A stretch of 31,185 bases of DNA. Origin: Chlamydiota bacterium. Its GTDB lineage: Bacteria; Auribacterota; JACPWU01. The stretch lies in contig JACPWU010000049.1 in NCBI GenBank assembly GCA_016196885.1, forward strand, positions 1 to 31,185, in the 5' to 3' direction. A model generated the notes under the pieces. It was not told where the DNA came from, did no database searches, and was given only the letters and a program-made list of their open reading frames with translations. Every line of letters begins with the position of its first letter. The stretch's first letter is position 1. Made by a program: the position numbers and the translations under genes. Of the stretch, positions 1-6,480 are shown piece by piece.

Positions 1-73
1 GAGCCGCTAGCTCATCAGGTAGAGCAACAGCCTTTTAAGCTGTGGGTGGTGGGTTCGAGTCCCACGCGGCTCA
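1..73 (+). tRNA. tRNA-Lys (anticodon UUU)
   Basis: Cloverleaf read by eye: acceptor GAGCCGC/GCGGCTC, D arm GCTC..GAGC, anticodon stem ACAGC/GCTGT with loop CTTTTAA, T arm GTGGG-TTCGAGT-CCCAC, discriminator A. CCA is not encoded. Confidence 0.9.
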
Positions 74-87
74 TTTCAACTTAAAGA

Positions 88-177
88 GTTCAAAAGTTCA
101 AAGGTTTAAAGGTTCAAAAGAGAGAAGGGTGCCGACCCCTTTGAACCCTTGAACTTTTCAACCTTAGAACCTTAAAC
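88..177. repeat. Imperfect long hairpin made of tandem 8-nt units, filling the tRNA-Lys/tRNA-Glu spacer
   Basis: Left arm 88-120 is GTTCAAAA GTTCAAAG GTTTAAAG GTTCAAAA. Right arm 138-177 is five reverse-complement units (CTTTGAAC CCTTGAAC TTTTCAAC CTTAGAAC CTTAAAC). Confidence 0.8.
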
Positions 178-178
178 A

Positions 179-251
179 GACCCCATCGTCTAGAGGCCTA
201 GGACATCACCCTTTCACGGTGATGACGCGGGTTCGAATCCCGCTGGGGTCG
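179..251 (+). tRNA. tRNA-Glu (anticodon UUC)
   Basis: Acceptor GACCCCA/TGGGGTC, D region GTCTAGAGGCCTAGGAC typical of tRNA-Glu, anticodon loop CTTTCAC, T arm GCGGG-TTCGAAT-CCCGC, discriminator G. Confidence 0.9.
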
Positions 252-260
252 CATTTCCCT
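234..260. repeat. 27-nt direct repeat, copy 1 (3' end of tRNA-Glu plus 9 nt downstream)
   Basis: CGAATCCCGCTGGGGTCGCATTTCCCT recurs exactly at 547-573. Confidence 0.85.
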
Positions 261-265
261 TTGCT

Positions 266-340
266 ATGAAAGTTCTTTTTGTAGTCGCCCGATTCATCGG
301 GCAGCCCCATAAATGGGGCGACTACAAAAAGGACTTTCAT
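266..340. repeat. REP/MITE-like compound palindrome, GTAGTCGCCC core family (copy a)
   Basis: ATGAAAGTtCTTTTTGTAGTCGCC ... GGCGACTACAAAAAGgACTTTCAT outer stem encloses two small hairpins, GCCCGATTCATCGGGC and GCCCCATAAATGGGGC. Confidence 0.8.
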
Positions 341-388
341 CGCACACGATGATCTCGAAAGATCATTGAAATTAATATTGCAAGAAAT

Positions 389-416
389 CTCAAAAGTGAT
401 CCTGTGATTTTGCTGC
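389..416. repeat. 28-nt direct repeat, copy 1
   Basis: CTCAAAAGTGATCCTGTGATTTTGCTGC recurs exactly at 591-618. Confidence 0.85.
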
Positions 417-546
417 CCAAACGAAAGGGATTCGAATAGGAGGCCCGACTGATATTAGCAAATCTGCCGGTGGCAGATTTGCAATTCCTTATGAGGGCCG
501 GGTGGCCGACCGGAATGCGAGGCCTCAAGGCCGAGCATGGAGGCGC

Positions 547-573
547 CGAATCCCGCTGGGGTCGCATTTCCCT
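547..573. repeat. 27-nt direct repeat, copy 2 (orphan duplicate of the tRNA-Glu 3' end; att-like scar)
   Basis: Identical to 234-260, but the upstream sequence cannot form a T arm or acceptor stem, so it is not a tRNA. Confidence 0.8.
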
Positions 574-590
574 CCGACACTGGAAGAAAA

Positions 591-618
591 CTCAAAAGTG
601 ATCCTGTGATTTTGCTGC
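591..618. repeat. 28-nt direct repeat, copy 2
   Basis: Identical to 389-416. It lies 17 nt after the att-like copy, against 128 nt for the first pair. Confidence 0.85.
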
Positions 619-707
619 TTGACACATTCTACGTTTTAGCCAAAATCATTTGTGTATTTAAATTACCTTAAATCGTTTTACAAACGAAATATAGAAATAT
701 AAGCACA

Positions 708-1499
708 ATGAATAAAATGTTTGGTCCCAGAGAGACGGAGGTTATTACCCGGCTCTCTTATGAGAAAACGGGCATTATTACCAATGAGCAATTTCAAAAG
801 CTCTTTGGTAAATCCATGCTAATTCGTCAAGTGATCTACCAGCTTAAGAAGAAGGGGATTTTGAAGCCCGTCAGAAAAGGGGTCTATTATTATTCGCCTT
901 TGGAAGCTGGGCCGTTTGGGAGCAAGATTAATGCTTATTTAATTCCACCTATTCTGTTTCCAAACGGAAATTATTATGTGGGTTACTCGACGATGTATAA
1001 CTTCTATGGATTTACGGATCAGATATTTCAAACGTTTTATATTCTAAATACGGCGTCTCAGAAAACACGCGTAATATGTGGTTCTCAGTTTAAATTGATT
1101 AAGATCCCTGCAAGTCGGATGTTTGGGCTTGAGAAGGTCAAAGTCCACGGATCAGAAATGATCGTGAGTGACCGAGAAAGGACGCTCATTGATCTTTTTT
1201 ATTTTCCGGATCCCGTTGGGGGATTGAAACCTGTATTTGAGATTCTAAAATCAGAAGTCAGGGAACAAAAAGTGGATGTGAGAAAATTTGTGAAGTACGC
1301 TCTTGGCTTTCCCAGTATTTCTACCCGTAAACGGATTGGTTATGTCCTAGAGAAATGCGGGATTCCGGAGACGATGCTAAAATCGTTAATAAAGAGTGCG
1401 GCTAAAACTTCGTTATGGCCTCTTTACGGTCCGAGGACGTCGCGAACGGGGGCAATCAATCAGAAATGGAAACTCATCATCGATGATACACGAAAATAA
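708..1499 (+). CDS. abiEi: AbiEi-family antitoxin / transcriptional regulator (type IV TA, COG5340-like)
   Basis: 263-aa ORF. N-terminal winged-helix segment (QLKKKGILKPVRKGVYYY) and C-terminal segment (SDRERTLIDLFYFP..GG, RKRIGYVLEKCG) match my recollection of the AbiEi family. It sits directly upstream of an AbiEii-like remnant. Confidence 0.75.
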   Translation: MNKMFGPRETEVITRLSYEKTGIITNEQFQKLFGKSMLIRQVIYQLKKKGILKPVRKGVYYYSPLEAGPFGSKINAYLIPPILFPNGNYYVGYSTMYNFYGFTDQIFQTFYILNTASQKTRVICGSQFKLIKIPASRMFGLEKVKVHGSEMIVSDRERTLIDLFYFPDPVGGLKPVFEILKSEVREQKVDVRKFVKYALGFPSISTRKRIGYVLEKCGIPETMLKSLIKSAAKTSLWPLYGPRTSRTGAINQKWKLIIDDTRK

Positions 1500-1912
1500 G
1501 GGTGAATTTTTAAGAATCCTCAATATCGACTATGATTCGGTTGTTCTGGACAAAAAGCAATCTATTAAACTTGAGATCGGTTTACGATTTAATCCACTCC
1601 TTGCGCCCGTAAAGCAAAAAGTGAACCATCAGTTTTTGCACCCTTTCACGAAAGAACCCTTATTTGACAGCGGAAGCGTGAACTGTCTTGCTTTGAAAGA
1701 ACTTGTAGCCGAAAAAATGCCGGGCAGCAGCTTTGAGAAAAACCATTGCCCCGCGCGATTTTTATGATCTCGATTTTATTCTGCGTCATGGATTCAATAT
1801 GGCTGACAAAGAAGAGATGGTGCTTTTTGATATATTGACTCTGGACGAACAGAAAAACTTTCATCTGGATACAGCGCTTTCAAGAATTAACAAAATAATG
1901 CAAAATGCATAG
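1500..1912 (+). pseudogene. AbiEii/DUF1814 nucleotidyltransferase toxin remnant (N-terminal half missing, +1 frameshift)
   Basis: Only the C-terminal part is present. Frame 1 gives ...KLEIGLRF...CLALKELVAEKM. After an extra C near 1717-1722 the homology continues in another frame (AAALRKTIAPRDFYDLDFILRHGF...) to the stop at 1910-1912. No NTase catalytic region is present. Confidence 0.7.
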
Positions 1913-1997
1913 ATGTTGGAGATGGTGAAAAACCGATCAGTATCAGGATCGCGCTGAGGAATTCATGAAAGTGTAGTTTAGAAGGATATTTATAGCT

Positions 1998-3391
1998 ATG
2001 ACAACAAATAGAAAACAACTTCACGAAAGATTGTGGGCAGCCGCGGAACAGCTTCGTGCGAATTTCGGTCTTAAACTCAACGAAATTTCGGAACCTATTC
2101 TAGGTCTGATTTTTCTTAAATTTGCCGATGTGAGATTCAAGCGAGCCCAAACAAACATGGTTGCGGACCGAAAAGAGACCTATTCAACACGCCCGCGGTC
2201 AGTCACCCCCGATCACTATAAATCACAAGGCGTCCTGTATCTTCCTGAGATTGCCAGCTACTCGTATTTAATGAATCTTGCGGAAGACAAAAATATTGGC
2301 AAAGCGATCAACGAGGCGATGAAAGCCATTGAAGCCGAAAACAGCGATCTTGCCGGTGTCCTGCCTCAGGATTACACCGCGCTCCACAAAAAAGCGGATG
2401 AAAACAACAAAATCTTGATAACCCTACTCAAGAACTTCAATCAAATCCCCGACGATATCGAGGGTGACGCCTTCGGTGAAATTTACGAATATTTTCTCGG
2501 TGAATTTGCGCGCTCAGAAGGCGCTAAGGGAGGCGAGTTCTTTACAGCGCAACCTATTGTAAAGCTACTTGTTGAGATTATTGAACCCTATCACGGACGC
2601 ATCCTTGACCCGGCCTGCGGAAGCGGCGGCATGTTTGTACAGTCGGCCAATTTTGTGAAGTCGCATTCCAATAAGAAAACGCAGGTGATGAACGAAGTCG
2701 CGCTTTATGGTCAGGAAAAAGGCACTAGTAATATTCGAACAGCTAAAATGAATCTTGCCATTCATGGCCTATCCGGCAAAATTGCGGAAGTGAATTCGTT
2801 TTATGAAGACGCCTTTAATAGTGTTGGTACATTTGTACTTTGTACTTGCCAATCCTCCTTTTAATGTCAAAGGCAAAGACAAAAACAAGCAAATTGTCAT
2901 TGATCCAGCCCGTATCAAGGGAGACCCTCGCTACAACTTGGGTTTGCCCCTGACTGGCAAAAATGAAATCAGCAACGCCAATTACCTCTGGATGCAAATG
3001 TTTGCCAGCGCCTTAAATCCAAAGGGGAGGGCAGGTTTCGTCATGGCTAATTCTGCCAGCGATGCGGGTAATAAAGAAAAAGAAATCCGTCAAAAGATGG
3101 TGGATGCTGGCATGGTGGATGTCATTGTGTCGGTGGGAACAAACATGTTTTTGAATGCGACGCTTTCTTGCACGCTTTGGTTTTTTGATAAAGGTGGCGA
3201 CACTTGATGACATTCGCGTCAATGACTATTCTCTTAATCCCGGGCGGTATGTAGAGATCATCGAAAATGAAATGAGCGATGTGGATTTTGAAGCACGTAT
3301 GAAAGAACTTATGAATGAATTTACAGGCCTCACTGCCGAAGCCCATGAACTTGAAAATAAAATCCAGGAAGACTGGGAGAAAATTTTATGA
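1998..3391 (+). pseudogene. hsdM: Type I R-M methyltransferase subunit HsdM, disrupted (7-bp duplication frameshift plus internal deletion)
   Basis: Motif I DPACGSGGMF lies in ORF 1998-2864 and motif IV NPPF in ORF 2803-3207, a different frame. The C-terminal NDYSLNPGRYV lies in a third frame (3155-3391). TTTGTAC is tandemly duplicated at 2832-2845. Confidence 0.85.
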
Positions 3392-3528
3392 AAAATAAAA
3401 TGATCGTGTCAGGTAAAGCGGAGTACGGAGCGCTGTTGGGAAAGGATTTTCTGTCGATAATCTTGAAAAAAGGTATCAACAATAAATCCCTTTTCTTTTT
3501 TTGAAGGGTTGATAATTGAGGTATTGAA

Positions 3529-4476
3529 ATGAAACTCGAACAAAAATTTGATCGGCAATTTTCGGAAATCGTAAGAATGATCCGCGAGGCTCGGTATCAT
3601 GCCATAAAAAGCGTGAATGCCGAGCTTGTAAAACTTTATTGGAGCATTGGTGAATATATCAGCAAGAAACTTTTATCTGCTGAATGGGGTGATGCTGTTG
3701 TGGATAGACTCGCCGCTTTTATCCAAACTAACCATCCTGAATTTAAAGGGTTTACCCGCCGCGGCCTTTATCGAATGAGGCAGTTTTATGAAGCTTACTG
3801 TCAAACTGAAATAGTGTCACCACTGTTGACACAAAAGCATCCCAAAGTGCCTGAGGTATTTAAGGACATATATGTTCTTGATTTTTTGAATCTGCCAGAA
3901 GCCCATAGCGAGAGCGATTTAAGCTGGAGTATTGTTGCAAACCTCAAAGATTTTATTCTTGAGTTCGGCAGGGACTTTACCTTTGTCGGTCAGGAATACC
4001 GAATTCAGGTCGGAGGAAATGATTATTTCATCGATCTTCTCTTTTTTCATCGAGGCCTCAAATGTCTAGTGATGGTTGAACTGAAAATAGATGATTTCAA
4101 GCCCGAATACCTGGGCAAACTGAATTTCTACCTCGAAGCGCTTGACCGGGACGTACGTAAACCGGACGAAAACCCGAGTGTAGGCATTATCCTGTGCAAA
4201 TCAAAGAACGAGGAGGTTGTGGAATACGCCTTAAGCCGTAATCTATCGCCCGCACTCGTGGCGGAATACAAGACAAAACTTATCCCCAAGCAAATTCTTC
4301 GTAAAAAACTCCACGAATACTTTTTGCTGGCCGCTCCTGAAAAGGAACAAATCATTCGCGAAGGCGGTCACGTGGCCGACAAAGCCCGCGTTGAGATTGA
4401 AAAACAGACGGGGGAAAGTGTGATTACGGGTATGCGTGCTCGCAAACTTTCAGAAAAAGATGGACGGAAAAATTAA
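3529..4476 (+). CDS. DUF1016/YhcG-type PD-(D/E)xK nuclease-family protein, possibly internally shortened
   Basis: N-terminal ARYHAIKSVNAELVKLYWSIGEYI and core FVGQEYRIQVGGNDYFIDLLFFHRGLKCLVMVELK match my recollection of the family. The segment between SPLLTQ and KDIYVLDFL looks shorter than typical members. Confidence 0.7.
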   Translation: MKLEQKFDRQFSEIVRMIREARYHAIKSVNAELVKLYWSIGEYISKKLLSAEWGDAVVDRLAAFIQTNHPEFKGFTRRGLYRMRQFYEAYCQTEIVSPLLTQKHPKVPEVFKDIYVLDFLNLPEAHSESDLSWSIVANLKDFILEFGRDFTFVGQEYRIQVGGNDYFIDLLFFHRGLKCLVMVELKIDDFKPEYLGKLNFYLEALDRDVRKPDENPSVGIILCKSKNEEVVEYALSRNLSPALVAEYKTKLIPKQILRKKLHEYFLLAAPEKEQIIREGGHVADKARVEIEKQTGESVITGMRARKLSEKDGRKN

Positions 4477-4568
4477 AATTTCAAGATTCAAATACCGGAG
4501 CCAAAATACGGGTGAAAGCCTAACGAGCAAATTGTGAGAATGGCTTATAATTTTAATGGAGAGGACTC

Positions 4569-5266
4569 ATGAATAAAGAAGAAAATTCCAGAATTGTTTT
4601 ATATGCCGATCCCGATGGGCAGATAAAAATTGATGTGCGATTTCAAGGTGAGACCGTTTGGCTTTCTCAGCCGCTGATGGCTGAGTTGTTTCAAACAACA
4701 AAACAGAACATAAGTCTGCATATTAAGAACATTGTCGAAGATGGTGAGCTTGTAGAGACTTCAGTTGTCAAGGATCTCTTGACAACTGCTGCTGATGGCA
4801 AATCGTATAGTACGAAGTTTTACAACCTGGATATGATTATAGCCGTTGGATACCGGATTAAATCGAGAATAGCTACGCATTTCCGGCAATGGGCAACCAA
4901 GGTCTTGCGTGAATACATGATTAAGGGTTTTGCCATTAATGATGAACGTTTAAAAAGCGGTTGAATCTTATCGTATCCATGTATCTCGATTATGCCGAAC
5001 TTCAGGCGGAGAACCAAAAAACAATGACCATGAAAGACTGGTCAATCAAACTGGATGCTTTCCTGCGTTTTAATGAAAAAGATGTCTTAACCAATCCTGG
5101 AAAAGTATCGGCCGAAGTGGCAAAAGAGCTTGCGGAAAAAGAATTTCAGAAGCACGAGGATAATTTAAAGAAGATCGAAGCGACAACGCCGGTCAGCGAT
5201 TTTGACAAACTGGTTGAGAAGACAAAACAGATTGGGAAAAAGGAAGCTAAAAAAAAGAAGAAGTAA
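4569..5266 (+). pseudogene. rhuM: RhuM-family gene with a large internal deletion and frame change
   Basis: The N-terminal third (ORF 4569-4964, ...IKGFAINDERLKSG-stop) and the C-terminal part (ORF 4961-5266, NLIVSMYLDYAELQAEN...) are in different frames. The central region expected for the family is absent. Confidence 0.7.
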
Positions 5267-5268
5267 CG

Positions 5269-5397
5269 ATGAGTATATATGTGGCCAGCAAAGCCCGCGC
5301 TGAGATCAAAAAAATGGGGGAAAGCGTGATTACAGATATGCGTTATGCGCTTTCGGAAAAGAAACCTGTGAAACCTTCTAGGAGAAAAATTATTTAA
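5269..5397 (+). pseudogene. 42-codon ORF that duplicates the C-terminal tail of the 3529-4476 product
   Basis: MSIYVASKARAEIKKMGESVITDMRYALSEK... parallels HVADKARVEIEKQTGESVITGMRARKLSEK at the end of ORF 3529-4476. The DNA segments 4372-4460 and 5281-5362 are visibly similar. Confidence 0.45.
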
Positions 5398-5410
5398 GTA
5401 CGTGGACTAA

Positions 5411-6460
5411 AAAAAATTAGGAGACATCTATCAATTTCAATATGGAAAGGGTAATACTAATCCAGACAATGGCGGGGTTTACCCTGTTTACGGAGCAGGA
5501 GATATAATCGGTTATTTCAATGAATATAACGGTGAAGATTCACCTGTAATAGGACACATAGGAGCGAATTGCGGTAAGGTTGTATTTGGAAAGGGTAAGC
5601 ATTTTGTTACTTATAATGGCGTAATGGCTTCAATAAAAAATGGTAATAATTCACTTTTTGGGTATTACACTCTATTAAGCAAAAATTTGACTAGATTAGT
5701 TAGGGGCAGCGCACAACCGTTTATTTCATATGATTTGCTGAATAATGTCGATATCTTCTTGCCAGATATAAACTCTCAGGGGAAAATTGCCTCTATCCTC
5801 TCTGCCTACGACGACCTGATTGAAAATAACGAAAAGCGCATCAAGGCGCTCGAGGAAATGGCCCAGCTTCTCTATACCGAATGGTTCGTAAAATTCAAAT
5901 TCCCCGGCCACGAAAAAGTGAAAATGGTTGATAGTAAAACTGAATATGGCCTTATCCCTGAGGGGTGGGCGATTGGTAAATTGGGAAATATAGCTAAAAT
6001 TATAAGCGGATATGCTTTTAAAAGTTCAGATTTTCAGAAAACCGGAATACTTGTGATAAAAATTAAAAATATTGAATTTGTCGATCAGCTCTTTGAGAGT
6101 CTTGTCGCCTTGGCAAAGGATTTGAACGAAGAGGAGCGGCGTGCGGTAAAAGAGAGCTTGAGCGAGGATGAATTGGCTATTTTTGATCTTCTGGTGAAAG
6201 AAAATCTAAATCCGAACGAAGTGGCCCAGATTAAAGGCGCGGCGCATGAACTTCTTTTAAATCTTAAACCCCTTCTTGTATCGCATTGGAGAGATTTTGA
6301 GACAAACCGCGCAGGAGTGAAAGTCACTATATTTGATTTATTATTGGATAAATTGCCGGAACCTACCTATACAGAACAAGATTGCAAACTAAAAGGTGTT
6401 GAAGTTTACAACTTTGTGTATGAACATTACTGGGACGCACAAAGTTTGGCGTGCGCTTGA
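5411..6460 (+). pseudogene. Fusion remnant: start-less HsdS (TRD1, central conserved region, start of TRD2) joined to the C-terminal domain of HsdR
   Basis: The frame opens after the TAA at 5408 with KKLGDIYQFQYGKGN and no start codon. The HsdS central motif ILSAYDDLIENNEKRIKALEEMAQLLYTEWFVKFKFPGHE is present. From about 6075 the sequence switches to HsdR C-terminal-type sequence (LSEDELAIFDLL...WRDFETNRAGVKVTIFDLL). Confidence 0.75.
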
Positions 6461-6480
6461 GAGTTGATTGAGAGGTCAGA

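Noticed and set aside
88-177. CRISPR-like arrays at the tandem 7-8-nt unit loci (also 11341-11380, 15003-15114, 19115-19175)
   Set aside because: The units are only 7-8 nt, directly abutting with no spacers, and are arranged as inverted arms. No cas genes are present.
337-567. 76-aa minus-strand ORF in the tRNA-downstream region
   Set aside because: It runs through palindromic repeats and the duplicated tRNA end. It has Arg/Pro/Ser-rich low-complexity composition, no ribosome-binding site and no family resemblance, so it is most likely spurious.
417-573. Possible tmRNA, tRNA-like gene or intron-containing tRNA, because it ends in a tRNA-Glu 3' sequence and is GC-rich and structured
   Set aside because: No complementary 5' acceptor strand (GACCCCA) is present. 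The would-be T stem (GGCGC/CCCGC) cannot pair, and no tag-ORF or conserved tmRNA motifs were recognised. It is better explained as an att-like duplication.
619-663. Promoter for abiEi (TTGACA at 619-624; TTAGCC-N16-TTAAAT at 636-663)
   Set aside because: The -10 candidates are weak and several alternatives exist. It is mentioned only as context and not reported as a feature.
3409-3600. 63-aa minus-strand ORF between hsdM and the DUF1016 gene
   Set aside because: It overlaps the DUF1016 start on the opposite strand and has no recognisable features.
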